DNA of 64,000 nt from Patescibacteria group bacterium (GTDB lineage: Bacteria; Patescibacteriota; Minisyncoccia; Minisyncoccales; UBA10102). The stretch is taken from NCBI GenBank assembly GCA_024239055.1, contig JANBVJ010000002.1, forward strand, positions 67,874 through 131,873, written 5' to 3'. The notes under the pieces are model-generated. The model worked only from the letters and a program-made list of their open reading frames with translations. It did not search any database and had not been told where the DNA came from. Positions 1 through 9,032 of the stretch are shown piece after piece. Every line of letters starts with the position of its first letter. The stretch's first letter is position 1. A program made the translations under genes and the position numbers.

Positions 1-167
1 TGGATTATTCCAAGTGGTTCTTCTGAATTTGGATGTCGCCTTGCATTTACTACGTATCTTACTCCAATGAATGCCAAAATTAGTAGCAATAATACTGAGA
101 ATAATGGAGCATAGTTTGGAATTATAATTGTACCACCTTCTGCTGTAGGTTGGATTGGGTTCAACAT
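1..167 (-). CDS. 3'-truncated CDS, small single-pass membrane protein (continues past window start)
   Basis: ATG at 165-167 reads MLNPIQPTAEGGTIIIPNYAPLFSVLLLLILAFIGVRYVVNARRHPNSEEPLGII and runs off position 1 without a stop. One hydrophobic helix. Absent from the ORF track because no stop lies in the window. Confidence 0.4.
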   Translation of the reverse strand, partial: MLNPIQPTAEGGTIIIPNYAPLFSVLLLLILAFIGVRYVVNARRHPNSEEPLGII

Positions 168-243
168 TGTCTGCCAAAAGTCCACAAATGGATTTCCTGT
201 TGCTCTAGATTGCAGGAAAACAGACTCTAGGAATAATAATATG

Positions 244-1695
244 CTATTTACCATTTCTTTTCCTCTGCTCCATTTTTGCGAATATTGCATAGTAGATTAC
301 CTTCTCGGCAATCTCTTGTTTTTTCATAAATTCTAACGGAATGTCTGCCCTGTTTCTTAGTGCCCACTTTCTGTATTTTACAATCCATCCGTATGACTCG
401 TTTAACTGGTTGTACTCGAACTCATCAAACATGTCATCCTTGAATCTTCTATTATCAAAGTCAATTGCTTGTAGAATTGTAAGGAAATCTTTTGGTCTTG
501 ACCTTAGAATTGTTCCTTCTTCAATTATTTCTTCTTCTTTTGGAGAGGGAGGTGTCGGAGGGAGAACCTTTTCTTCTTCTTCTTCTCCAATTACAAATCC
601 ACCTGATGGTTCTACTGCTTTTTCTATCAGTTCATCTAGTTCATCAGGTTTTCCTTCTGCACCTGATTGTAATTCTCTTAGTACCTCAACTGTAGTTTCT
701 GAATCTTCATGTTCAACTATTTCTACTTCTGCTTCTTCTGGATCTTCCTTTTTCTTTCTGAAAGAAATTATTTTTTTTAACTTTGATTCCCTTTGTTTTT
801 TTGGAATGTTATCTCTGATTACTGGAATGTTCATTATTGCTTTGAGATCTTGTTTTAACTGCTGTAATGGTTCGCTAACTGATCTTACTAGGTTGTCCAT
901 ACTCAGAGTCATTGTGTTAATTTGAACAAGTGAATCATCCAAGTCATTTACTTTTGAATCAAACTTTCTTTTTCCTGTAAACGAACTGATTAGAGTTACT
1001 AATGATAGAATTACAACTCCTAAAATTAACAACCACATGTAGGCAATTCCTGTTGCCTGTGTCTGTGTGTTTGTGTTAAATGCTGTAACCATTGCAGGAA
1101 TCTGTGCAATGAATGTTAATGACTCACCAAAAATTTCTTCCTTAGTTGGAACTGGTGTAGGTTTAATTGTATTAGCAAATAAAGTCATGCAGAATCTTTT
1201 AGTATCAAACTTTTCTTGTGTGCTTTGTACAATTGCATTGTTGGAAAGATATTCTATGTAGATTTGTCTTGGCTTTTCATCAGGATAATTTACTTCTATG
1301 TAGATTTCATACTGGTCTGCTTCATCTGTGTAAAATGTCATGACTTGGTTTGTTGTTTGTCTTACTGGAAATGATGTTCCTTGCTGTTTGAATTCTTGTT
1401 TTACATCTGTAGAAGTATCATAGAATATTTTGATGCTGAATGGAATCTGTGCTGAACCTCCCTGAACAACCTTCCTAGTACATTCCTCTGGATTTCTAAT
1501 CTGTTCTAACTGTTGTTCGAATGGAAGTATTTGTGCAAAAGCAGATGGAATAATTACAAACTCTATTTCATTTTCATCCATCCATTGAGTAAAAACTACA
1601 AACCAAACTGTATAGGTAATTCCAATTAAAACTCCAAGTCCAATACATGCTAACTGTGTTTTGATTGGTAGTGGTTTCTCACTTGACATCTTCAT
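244..1695 (-). CDS. Membrane protein (483 aa) with N-terminal and central TM helices and an acidic/Pro-rich C-terminal half
   Basis: Long ORF. Hydrophobic helices at LACIGLGVLIGITYTVWFVVF and GIAYMWLLILGVVILSLVTLISSF. The C-terminal half is E/K/P-rich low complexity. No recognisable catalytic motif. Confidence 0.7.
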   Translation of the reverse strand: MKMSSEKPLPIKTQLACIGLGVLIGITYTVWFVVFTQWMDENEIEFVIIPSAFAQILPFEQQLEQIRNPEECTRKVVQGGSAQIPFSIKIFYDTSTDVKQEFKQQGTSFPVRQTTNQVMTFYTDEADQYEIYIEVNYPDEKPRQIYIEYLSNNAIVQSTQEKFDTKRFCMTLFANTIKPTPVPTKEEIFGESLTFIAQIPAMVTAFNTNTQTQATGIAYMWLLILGVVILSLVTLISSFTGKRKFDSKVNDLDDSLVQINTMTLSMDNLVRSVSEPLQQLKQDLKAIMNIPVIRDNIPKKQRESKLKKIISFRKKKEDPEEAEVEIVEHEDSETTVEVLRELQSGAEGKPDELDELIEKAVEPSGGFVIGEEEEEKVLPPTPPSPKEEEIIEEGTILRSRPKDFLTILQAIDFDNRRFKDDMFDEFEYNQLNESYGWIVKYRKWALRNRADIPLEFMKKQEIAEKVIYYAIFAKMEQRKRNGK

Positions 1696-1963
1696 CTCTC
1701 ATCTCCCTTGAATTATGCAGAAAGTTTTTTCCTTCTGCATCTGACTGAATTATTTTGAGTTCCTCAATCATCAACTTTTTTTCTAGTGGCTTTGCTAGTT
1801 TGAAGTTCTCTATCCATTTGATAGAAGTCAGGGTAATGAGTTGATGGACACTCTTTATCGGAAAATCAGGATCGGAGACAATATGTTTTAGGTAATCTCT
1901 GAATGTTGGTACTACTTTTACGGTTGCTCTTTCCATGATGGGTAAATGTCTCCATGTCCCCAT
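1679..1963 (-). CDS. Hypothetical protein (94 aa)
   Basis: ORF overlaps the next gene by 17 nt, as is usual in this operon-like array. Start uncertain (an internal ATG at IMERATV is possible). Confidence 0.45.
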   Translation of the reverse strand: MGTWRHLPIMERATVKVVPTFRDYLKHIVSDPDFPIKSVHQLITLTSIKWIENFKLAKPLEKKLMIEELKIIQSDAEGKNFLHNSREMRDEDVK

Positions 1964-2023
1964 TCATCCATGTCTCCCTAAAGGGAATTGGAAAAGTAAG
2001 TTAGACTAATTAGTAAAAATTGT

Positions 2024-2137
2024 TTAAAGTCCAATCATTGCCATTATTGGATCACGTACTTCTGGAACTGATGCTACAATCAATCCAACTGTAACTACTA
2101 TTGCAAGACCGATTCCGGCTACAATTTTTTCACTCAA
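2024..2137 (-). CDS. Small single-pass membrane peptide (37 aa), below ORF-track cutoff
   Basis: The TTG start overlaps the TGA stop of the upstream gene (TTGA at 2134-2137). Reads (M)SEKIVAGIGLAIVVTVGLIVASVPEVRDPIMAMIGL. Fills an otherwise empty 170-nt gap. Confidence 0.35.
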   Translation of the reverse strand: MSEKIVAGIGLAIVVTVGLIVASVPEVRDPIMAMIGL

Positions 2138-2658
2138 GGAATACCAATAAGACCCATTTCTTGTAACTGACCAGTTCTGTCACCAAAACTTTGATCACCT
2201 ATGACATTGATTGTTACAAATAGATCTAACCCAACTTCGGTACGTTCTCCTAAAACCCACCACTTCTTATCAAATCTCCCATCATCTACACATAACAATA
2301 ATGGGTCAGGTGCAACTCCACCAAAACCATCACCTTGTAAGAAACATAATGTATTTTCTCCACGTATGATAATCACGCCTTCTCTTTCTTCGACTCTTAT
2401 AGGATTTTGTACATCATTTATTTGGAATGTACATGATCTTGTAGAATCAATCTGGAAACACGAATTTGGTATTTCAGTTCCTTCTGCAAAACAGTTTAAC
2501 TTGTTACAATCAGCAAGAAAACCACCACCAGTTAATAAAATATTTGTTGATCTTGCTGTACTAATTTGGAGTCTATCTGCCTCAATTAATACAACACTGC
2601 CAAATCCAATAATTATTAACGCAAGTCCTATTCCTATCAATGCCTTCCTTGAGACCAT
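2134..2658 (-). CDS. N-terminally anchored secreted protein (174 aa)
   Basis: N-terminal hydrophobic helix ALIGIGLALIIIGFGSVVLI followed by a Cys-containing soluble domain. An ATTTTAG-type element lies directly upstream of the ATG (2659-2672). Confidence 0.65.
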   Translation of the reverse strand: MVSRKALIGIGLALIIIGFGSVVLIEADRLQISTARSTNILLTGGGFLADCNKLNCFAEGTEIPNSCFQIDSTRSCTFQINDVQNPIRVEEREGVIIIRGENTLCFLQGDGFGGVAPDPLLLCVDDGRFDKKWWVLGERTEVGLDLFVTINVIGDQSFGDRTGQLQEMGLIGIP

Positions 2659-2714
2659 AATCTAAAATGTGAATGCGTTGTTTTTAATGATTTTTTGTAT
2701 TTTCATACAAACAC

Positions 2715-3023
2715 CTATGCTAGTCTCCTAATGTCATGCCAATGAGGATGCATCCAAACATGTCTACCATGAATTCCTCTCTGTAGGAATGCATTGCCAA
2801 TGATTATGATGAGGAATCCTAGAAATATTCTCAAAACCATGTGCCACCAGATGTGAGATGCAGGAACAAATGTTGTATCAACTAACATGCTTTCTAACTG
2901 GAATGTAACTACAATAAGATCTTCTGCTCTGAAAAACCCGAATATTCCTGTAAATACTGAAAACCAACCAACAATTAGTAATAGAAATCCTACAAAAGCA
3001 AATGGATAGTTATCGACTTTCAT
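2715..3023 (-). CDS. Multi-pass membrane protein (102 aa) with His-rich tail
   Basis: Two to three hydrophobic helices. C-terminal HGRHVWMHPHWHD. Stop/start overlap with the next gene (3020/3023). Confidence 0.6.
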   Translation of the reverse strand: MKVDNYPFAFVGFLLLIVGWFSVFTGIFGFFRAEDLIVVTFQLESMLVDTTFVPASHIWWHMVLRIFLGFLIIIIGNAFLQRGIHGRHVWMHPHWHDIRRLA

Positions 3024-3229
3024 TTTCTTTTCCTCTTCAATAATATAATAGCACCAACTATTATTCCTGATGCGAATAATGCTTCACCTAACAGTGTAAT
3101 TCTATCTACCATTTGAATATCAATAGGTGGGTATAATGTTCCAATGACAAAAAATACTATTCCTGCTCCAAACAAAGTCCAAATCATTAATGATGGCTTT
3201 TTCTTGTAAATTTTAACTAAGTCAGTCAT
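3020..3229 (-). CDS. Two-pass membrane protein (69 aa from the ATG at 3229; ORF track extends to 3286)
   Basis: The ATG at 3227-3229 (MTDLVKIYKKKPSLMIW...) lies 1 nt after the TGA of the upstream Kazal-like gene (3231-3233). The longer 88-aa version would overlap that gene by 56 nt. Confidence 0.55.
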   Translation of the reverse strand: MTDLVKIYKKKPSLMIWTLFGAGIVFFVIGTLYPPIDIQMVDRITLLGEALFASGIIVGAIILLKRKRK

Positions 3230-3230
3230 G

Positions 3231-3584
3231 TCATTGACACTGTGGGAATGTTGGATAGATCGTACAGAAGCCTGATGTTGGTTCACTGACTAACATTTCA
3301 CCAGTATTAGATCCAGCAACACATTCACCTTCATGTGCAATTTCAACTCCTTCTGCTTCTGCAAAGCAAGAGTTTGAAAATGTTTCACCATTAACTCCAC
3401 AGACCGGAGCAAATATCAATATGCAAGCAATTGGTTCTGGTTCTGGTTCTTGAGATGCTAATAAAATACTAACTAACGATCCATCTTCTGATACTGGAAC
3501 AAAAACTGCTACTGCTATTAAAGCAACAATCACTATTGAAATTGCAACTCTATTTCCAATTCCTTTTTTCTTTTTTTCTGCCAT
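3231..3584 (-). CDS. Membrane-anchored protein with atypical (4-Cys) Kazal-type inhibitor-like domain
   Basis: Start MAEKKKKGIG + TM helix (ATG at 3582-3584, TAATG overlap with the upstream stop). The domain ACILIFAPVCGVNGETFSNSCFAEAEGVEIAHEGEC matches the Kazal core PVCG-x-[DN]G-x-T[YF]-x-N-x-C ... G-x-C. The Cys pair C1/C5 is missing together. Confidence 0.65.
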   Translation of the reverse strand: MAEKKKKGIGNRVAISIVIVALIAVAVFVPVSEDGSLVSILLASQEPEPEPIACILIFAPVCGVNGETFSNSCFAEAEGVEIAHEGECVAGSNTGEMLVSEPTSGFCTIYPTFPQCQ

Positions 3585-3874
3585 TATGCACTCGCATTCC
3601 AAAACATCAAAGTCTCTTTACATGCTAAACATTTTTTATTGGTATATCTATAGAAAATAACTCCACCATATCCACCAACAAAAATCACTGCAAAAAGTAA
3701 CAACCAAGTAATAGGTTCCTGAATAAATGGAAATTGAAATGTTGGAAAACTATTCTGAACAAGTGCTAAATATCCAAAGTAAATCAAACCTGCAAAAGCA
3801 CCTGCTGTAATGAAACTTGTCTTTTCACAATGTCGCTTATCCAGAAACCCAAGACCACCAATTCCTTTCACCAT
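3584..3874 (-). CDS. Multi-pass membrane protein (96 aa) with C-terminal CxxC
   Basis: Three hydrophobic segments. C-terminal KKCLACKETL. An ATTTTAG-type element lies just upstream of the ATG. Confidence 0.6.
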   Translation of the reverse strand: MVKGIGGLGFLDKRHCEKTSFITAGAFAGLIYFGYLALVQNSFPTFQFPFIQEPITWLLLFAVIFVGGYGGVIFYRYTNKKCLACKETLMFWNASA

Positions 3875-3883
3875 ACTCTAAAA

Positions 3884-4318
3884 TCACTCCTTTGCTTTCT
3901 CATTGTTTTCTTGCTCTCTCATCTTGTCAATGTCCTCTTGAATGTCAAGTCCCTTATCTTCTGCAACCATTCTGTTTTGTTGTTCACGTAAGTCTATTCC
4001 TTTGTTAAGTTCTGATTCATCATGCAAGTGTGGAGAGTCCTCATCAACAAAAACATTATCTAACTCTGGATTGGATGGATGAAGTGATACTAATCTTCCT
4101 TCAATACTTTGTCCCTTTGCCTGTGCCATTTTGATTTCTTCTTCTGGAATTATTTCTTCTTTTTCAATTCTTCTTGAACGTAGAACTTTTGTAATTTCAG
4201 AAGCAGTGAGTGGTTCATCCTGTCTTTTGTTTAGCATTTGGGAAACTGACTTCCCACCTTTAGGTCTAATTACGAATGCTTTACCGTTATCCCTTCGCCT
4301 TCTCCAACTAAGACCCAT
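3884..4318 (-). CDS. Highly charged hypothetical protein (144 aa)
   Basis: Clean ORF, K/E/R/D-rich, no TM segment. Confidence 0.6.
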   Translation of the reverse strand: MGLSWRRRRDNGKAFVIRPKGGKSVSQMLNKRQDEPLTASEITKVLRSRRIEKEEIIPEEEIKMAQAKGQSIEGRLVSLHPSNPELDNVFVDEDSPHLHDESELNKGIDLREQQNRMVAEDKGLDIQEDIDKMREQENNEKAKE

Positions 4319-4336
4319 AATAGATCCTTAATGAAG

Positions 4337-5272
4337 TTAAGACCTCTTGAACTTTGGAATTGCTCTAAGAATCAGTTCCACTACGTTGTCTGCATTAAGA
4401 TTATTTTCTGCAATAAATTTACTAACATGTGTTGAATATTTTTTTTCAACCTCTGGTGATGCACCTTCAATTGATACCTTGCCTACAATTTTTCCTATCT
4501 CGTGATCATACTTTGCACATTGTTTTCTTGCAACTCTTCCCATCTGGTCTGTCTTGTCGTATGCAAGACCTTTTTTCTTTCCTTCGTTAGTGATAATTGA
4601 AATTGCATCCTTTGTTGTTGGAGAGTCACCAATGTCACCTTGCAATAACAAACCTTCTAAGACTCTTCTCTCTTTGTTTAGTCTAGTTGCTATCATCTTT
4701 GCCTCATAACTGGAAGGAATCATATCATATCTTTCTAACAATAACAACTTTACATCATCTTCATTCAAATCTCGAACCGTTCCATCTGCAAACAATCTCC
4801 AAACATATCCCCTGTTGAATCTGCCAACAAATCCTGCATTTTCACCAAGTCCTGAATTGTTGTGTGTTGCATGTGATGGTGCATGTGTTCCTTTCTCGTG
4901 GTCTTGGAAGGCTTTTCCCTCTTCTACTGTTACTAATCTACCAGAGATTCCTTGTTCTGCTTTTTCCATGTCATCTGCAATTGATTTTAGATCTTTTTTC
5001 CAATCATTAAATTCTGAAAGGTTTCCATTACAAAATATCATACATGCTGTTTTCTCACCAACTCTAGAAATGGCAAGTTGGAGTTCTTCATGTGAAACTT
5101 CTCCATTCATGTACATTTGCATATAATGAATTTCTTTAACTGTGGGTTTTCTGGTAACTACAACTCCTGAAAGATTAATTGCTTCATTAAGAGATTCTTC
5201 AAAATTTTCTCGATACTTATTTTTGAATTCCGACTCGTACCTTTCTAACGTTACTTCTGACATTGGCGACAT
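4337..5272 (-). CDS. Hypothetical soluble protein (311 aa)
   Basis: Long ORF with non-repetitive composition. No motif I can name. Confidence 0.75.
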   Translation of the reverse strand: MSPMSEVTLERYESEFKNKYRENFEESLNEAINLSGVVVTRKPTVKEIHYMQMYMNGEVSHEELQLAISRVGEKTACMIFCNGNLSEFNDWKKDLKSIADDMEKAEQGISGRLVTVEEGKAFQDHEKGTHAPSHATHNNSGLGENAGFVGRFNRGYVWRLFADGTVRDLNEDDVKLLLLERYDMIPSSYEAKMIATRLNKERRVLEGLLLQGDIGDSPTTKDAISIITNEGKKKGLAYDKTDQMGRVARKQCAKYDHEIGKIVGKVSIEGASPEVEKKYSTHVSKFIAENNLNADNVVELILRAIPKFKRS

Positions 5273-5381
5273 TTGAGTTTGATAGGTTCTAGGTATATCA
5301 AAGCAGAGATGTAAACTTTATTTGCTCTTTGATAAAATATTTAGATCCATTCTTAGGGAGACATGTATCCCTAACATGGTT

Positions 5382-5492
5382 TCAATTATAGACCTCTGGA
5401 CAACTACCACAAATCCATTTGAAAGGGCAATCAGGATTAATTTGTTTTATGGGCTTACCATATCCACACTTCGGACATTGGTTTTTACTCAT
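5382..5492 (-). CDS. Mini zinc-ribbon protein (36 aa), below ORF-track cutoff
   Basis: Reads MSKNQCPKCGYGKPIKQINPDCPFKWICGSCPEVYN (CPKC ... CGSC). The ATG overlaps the upstream TGA (ATGA at 5489-5492). Followed by a hairpin at 5353-5374. Confidence 0.45.
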   Translation of the reverse strand: MSKNQCPKCGYGKPIKQINPDCPFKWICGSCPEVYN

Positions 5493-5659
5493 TTTTTTAT
5501 CATTGTTGAAGAGTAGATTATGAAAATTCCGAAGAACACTCGAAGCACTCTTCCTGCCTCAAAGAGATTATTCTGGTCTGCAAATATGATGAATGAACCA
5601 ATTCCCTCGATAATTAAGTAAAGTCCTATCGCTATTAGTGCAATCCTTAATGGATTCAC
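5489..5659 (-). CDS. Two-pass membrane peptide (56 aa), below ORF-track cutoff
   Basis: The GTG start overlaps the TGA of the upstream gene (GTGA at 5656-5659). Reads (M)NPLRIALIAIGLYLIIEGIGSFIIFADQNNLFEAGRVLRVFFGIFIIYSSTMIKK. Confidence 0.45.
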   Translation of the reverse strand: MNPLRIALIAIGLYLIIEGIGSFIIFADQNNLFEAGRVLRVFFGIFIIYSSTMIKK

Positions 5660-6300
5660 TTTTTTCCACTTCTATTAATCATCACAAATACTATTACTGT
5701 AATTGAAAAGAGCAAAGTTAGCATTATAGTCACGAATACAAAGTTTTCAAAGAACTGGTTAACGAGTAAAATCCAGAATGGAACTTGAATCCAGTCTGTA
5801 AATGACAAATTATCTGGTTCTCCCACAAACAGACTGAACTTTCCTATAGCACCAAGATGGTAATTGAATAGTTCGTCATGTGCCCTAACAAAATAGATCC
5901 CATCATCCGGTAGTGTCATTCTTAATTCTGCTGTAACAAACCAATCTGTATTTGTCAAGTCCTCATGGAACCTTGTTTTTTGTGTTGGAGCAATCACCTT
6001 GCTCTCACCAATCAATAGATCAAAGGATGGTGTAAAGTCCCTTGAACTTTGGATGTCAGGTACATTTGTCCGAATTATGATCTCCTGTCCTTCCCTACCA
6101 GTAAATGAATACCAATGTGATTGTCCTTCCCTTTCAAAAACTTCTAATGTAAAGTAAGAGTTGTTGAATGGATCTGGAATATGGGTTGCAGTCTGGATCA
6201 TTGTGTTGTCTGGATAATATGCTAAAAGTTCTACTGCAAATGCCTGAGTTGTACCGAAAATTAAAACTGTGAAGATTGAAATGAGAAGTAATCTGTTCAA
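5656..6300 (-). CDS. Secreted protein with signal peptide and C-terminal TM anchor (214 aa), possible PPC-like beta-sandwich
   Basis: Signal peptide MNRLLLISIFTVLIFGTTQAFA/VE. HWYSFTGREGQEIIIRT ... DGIYFVRAHD resembles pre-peptidase C-terminal type domains (weak). C-terminal hydrophobic stretch plus RSGKK. Confidence 0.7.
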   Translation of the reverse strand: MNRLLLISIFTVLIFGTTQAFAVELLAYYPDNTMIQTATHIPDPFNNSYFTLEVFEREGQSHWYSFTGREGQEIIIRTNVPDIQSSRDFTPSFDLLIGESKVIAPTQKTRFHEDLTNTDWFVTAELRMTLPDDGIYFVRAHDELFNYHLGAIGKFSLFVGEPDNLSFTDWIQVPFWILLVNQFFENFVFVTIMLTLLFSITVIVFVMINRSGKK

Positions 6301-6783
6301 CTAACCACCGATCATATTCATTTCTTGGAACACATCAAAATTCGTTTTTACCAATTTAAAAATATTAATTCTTTGTTGGGTTTCTGAATTAAAATCAATC
6401 TCTCTATCATAATTATCCATTTCAAAAATTATTATGTTTATGCAGTCATCTAATGTATCAATTGCTGGTGGCAATGCTGATACAGTTGGATTTTCTTGCC
6501 CAAACTTTACAAAGTTATTCCCAACTGTTGTTACACATTCTCCTGTTAAAATCCAAGCAGAATTACTTTGTGTTACTTTTATTATTGTTCCATCTGGATC
6601 AGAAGTGTATGTACAAATTAATTTAATATCTCCACCACTTATGAATTCACATCCGTTTTCGTTTCCAAACCGATCAATTACAATATCGGCTTTAGTATAT
6701 TGGAAAAGAACTATTAATGGAATAATGAAAATTAATCCTACAATGAACGCTAACTGCCATTTTTTAAACTTACGTTCTACCAT
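6301..6783 (-). CDS. N-terminally anchored secreted protein (160 aa)
   Basis: N-terminal KFKKWQLAFIVGLIFIIPLIVLF helix, then a Cys-containing domain. Abuts the next gene with no gap. Confidence 0.65.
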   Translation of the reverse strand: MVERKFKKWQLAFIVGLIFIIPLIVLFQYTKADIVIDRFGNENGCEFISGGDIKLICTYTSDPDGTIIKVTQSNSAWILTGECVTTVGNNFVKFGQENPTVSALPPAIDTLDDCINIIIFEMDNYDREIDFNSETQQRINIFKLVKTNFDVFQEMNMIGG

Positions 6784-6799
6784 GTTCTAAAATGGGTTT

Positions 6800-6908
6800 A
6801 TCTGACTCTTGCTAATAACTAATTGGGCATTAGGGCTAACAGAGTCAGATTAAGGTGTGAATGTTGGTGCAAGAATGAAAACACTCGCATGTGAACAAGC
6901 ACCAACAT
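6800..6908. repeat. Two perfect 10-bp-stem hairpins (6800-6850 and 6861-6908)
   Basis: atctgactct...agagtcagat and atgttggtgc...gcaccaacat, with loops of 31 and 28 nt. They sit at the start of the 1.28-kb non-coding region. Confidence 0.7.
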
Positions 6909-7165
6909 CCAGAGTACCCATCAATATAAAATAGACAGATTGGCATCAAGCGAAATGAGATCGCATATTTACAATTGGACATTGAAATATACAAAAATTT
7001 CGTGTGGAGATTTCATCTTTTGCTAATTGGGCAATTTGGAGCATATCTATTATGCCATCAAATGCTACAAAAGAATCCCTTACCTCCATTCTAGCCAACC
7101 CGATCTAGACTAGATAATCTAGGTTTTAAAATCTTTTTTCGAGGCAATTCATACTTTTTGATTCA

Positions 7166-7191
7166 GTGGTAACACGTACATCTCTGATTCA
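7166..7191 (-). promoter_or_regulatory. Copy 1 of the recurrent ACGT-centred palindromic motif (degenerate)
   Basis: gtggtaacacgtacatctctgattca, flanked by tgattca direct repeats. Intergenic. Confidence 0.5.
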
Positions 7192-7744
7192 ATACTGTAC
7201 GGTCATACTGTACGGTTTAGAGTGTTTTAATATCTTTCATGCTAAGTCTACATCTTGCAAGCAATCATTGTGTTTAATGGGAAAAATCGGTTTTGTATTC
7301 CAATTCCTAATGTGAAAATTGAAGATGTTGATGTAAAAATTATCAAAGATATAATGAATTGGGATGGTGGAACTGATAAAGAAAAACTTTCTGTTGTTTA
7401 TTCATTTCTTAGATACTTGAAACGAAAACAATCTAAATGAAAAATTCTGGTTAGTACCGACACATCAGTACCAACACAGATACCCAACAAGTGGTCGAGT
7501 TGAAGCACATACTTCAATCTAAAATGGTTTGTTTTGTAATTAAAATTTTGGATCTGCCCGAATCTGAATTAGGGGAAGGAGTATGCTTGCTGAATCCTGA
7601 CAGATCCATACATCAATTATCCTGATCTCTGTATTTATGATTATTCTGTCAACTTCTATGGTCTTAATGGTTTACCTTTTGCTCTCTCTTCACGCTTCGA
7701 CACACACACACACATAGCCACCACCTCTCTATTTAAGCAACTTA

Positions 7745-7962
7745 TGGGTTGGGTTTTGGGACATGGCTACATCAAAACTATGTCCGACCCAACTCAATCT
7801 AAAATAACAAAGACATGGGTTGGGATCTGGACATGAAAATGTCAAGATAAACATGCCCAAAGAATGATGCAAGTATTTTGATCCCAACTCATTCTAAAAT
7901 AAGAAAGGCATGAGATCGGGGAGTAACCAGTGGCGAAACCAATTACTGTTTGATCCCATGCC
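7745..7962. repeat. Three consecutive imperfect stem-loops built from a ~95-bp repeated unit
   Basis: Arms are 7745-7766/7778-7796, 7815-7827/7880-7892 (12 of 13 paired) and 7907-7917/7952-7962 (10 of 11 paired). The unit cccaactca[at]tctaaaataa..catg.g.t.ggg is repeated at 7788-7825 and 7883-7920. Confidence 0.65.
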
Positions 7963-8062
7963 CGAATGTACCAAGCCTAACGACATTGCAGGAAGTTAGG
8001 ATTGACATAATAAAATGGGTCTAGCATCTTATATGCTTTCAAAAAAAGTTGCTATGTGTGTG

Positions 8063-8311
8063 TTAACATTTTTTTTGATTTAAGGTAAACTTTTCGTAGG
8101 TCAACCTTTTGTTTGGAGTAAACCTGTATTTGCAAAGTTTACAATAGCCTTTTGATCTCACAAAGCCCTTCTTACTGCATCTAGGACATATTGAATACTT
8201 TGTTTTGTCCTGTGTTGGTATCTTTGCTTTTTTTTGAATTATTCTATTGTCTTTCTTGCCTGTAGTTCTAATTGTGTCTAAAATGTAGTCTCTTTTTCTA
8301 AAAATACTCAT
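8063..8311 (-). CDS. Basic zinc-ribbon protein (82 aa)
   Basis: CPRCSKKG ... CKLCKYRF, two CxxC pairs, K/R-rich. Likely nucleic-acid binding. Confidence 0.6.
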   Translation of the reverse strand: MSIFRKRDYILDTIRTTGKKDNRIIQKKAKIPTQDKTKYSICPRCSKKGFVRSKGYCKLCKYRFTPNKRLTYEKFTLNQKKC

Positions 8312-8553
8312 GATAGATTAAACCATGACCTTTTACCTCTTTCTTTGGCTTTAGGATCTGGTTTGAGAACTGAACTACCCTCTCCAATAACCTGTTCTCC
8401 TTCTGATGAATCATTACATACTGGATCATCTTTTACTAGAGTTACTTTTTCTGGATCATTTTCAGGCGTAACTTTTTCCTCATCATTTACTACTGTTTGT
8501 GAGTCTGGATCGTTATCTTCTGTAATTACTTCTTCCTCTTCTTTATTCTCCAT
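8308..8553 (-). CDS. Acidic hypothetical protein (81 aa)
   Basis: E/D-rich ORF. ATGA-type overlap with the next gene. Confidence 0.5.
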   Translation of the reverse strand: MENKEEEEVITEDNDPDSQTVVNDEEKVTPENDPEKVTLVKDDPVCNDSSEGEQVIGEGSSVLKPDPKAKERGKRSWFNLS

Positions 8554-9032
8554 TTTCCACCTTGCTCCTTGTATTTTTCAAAGTCTGCTAATGATGCACA
8601 TTCCAGATCTAAAGCCCTGCTTGCTGTAATACTTGATCCATGTCCAACTACTTCCTTAACTTTGTAAGCAACATCATTTGCTGTATCTCTGAAATTTAAT
8701 GAATCTTCAACTGCTGGTTTACCTCCTACTCCAATCAATTTGTCAGTTAGAATTTCCTTTACAAATTTTAGATACAATTCATTTGTATCAATCTCTACGT
8801 TTGTCTCCTTATCTTCATCATTGTGTGCTGTTACTTCTTCGGCATATTGATGATATTTTTCATTATCAACAAGTTTTTGTTTTGATAGTAATTGCCAATC
8901 ATAATTTTTCTCACAAAGTCTATTACACTCTTCATGGGCAAAAACTAGGTTTTCTGGTCTGTTATCTTCTGTATTTTTATTGAGATGGTGATATGTTCTG
9001 TTCCACTTTAGAACTTCCTCTACAAACATCAT
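8526..9032 (-). CDS. HNH endonuclease (start uncertain, probably upstream of 9032)
   Basis: YHHLNKNTEDNRPENLVFAHEECN matches the HNH core (HH...N...N-L-x-x-x-H-x-x-C-N). A CFFC pair belonging to the zinc site lies in-frame just upstream of the first ATG. Confidence 0.75.
   Translation of the reverse strand: MMFVEEVLKWNRTYHHLNKNTEDNRPENLVFAHEECNRLCEKNYDWQLLSKQKLVDNEKYHQYAEEVTAHNDEDKETNVEIDTNELYLKFVKEILTDKLIGVGGKPAVEDSLNFRDTANDVAYKVKEVVGHGSSITASRALDLECASLADFEKYKEQGGKWRIKKRKK

Noticed and set aside
7255-7440. 61-aa plus-strand ORF in the large non-coding region, the only plus ORF not overlapping a minus gene.
   Set aside because: It needs a TTG start and has no upstream signal. It would be the only plus-strand gene in 64 kb, and its composition is unremarkable. 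It could be real, but I cannot support it.
7701-7714. (CA)7 microsatellite.
   Set aside because: Short, single occurrence, intergenic. Noted only as part of the repeat-rich region and not interpretable alone.
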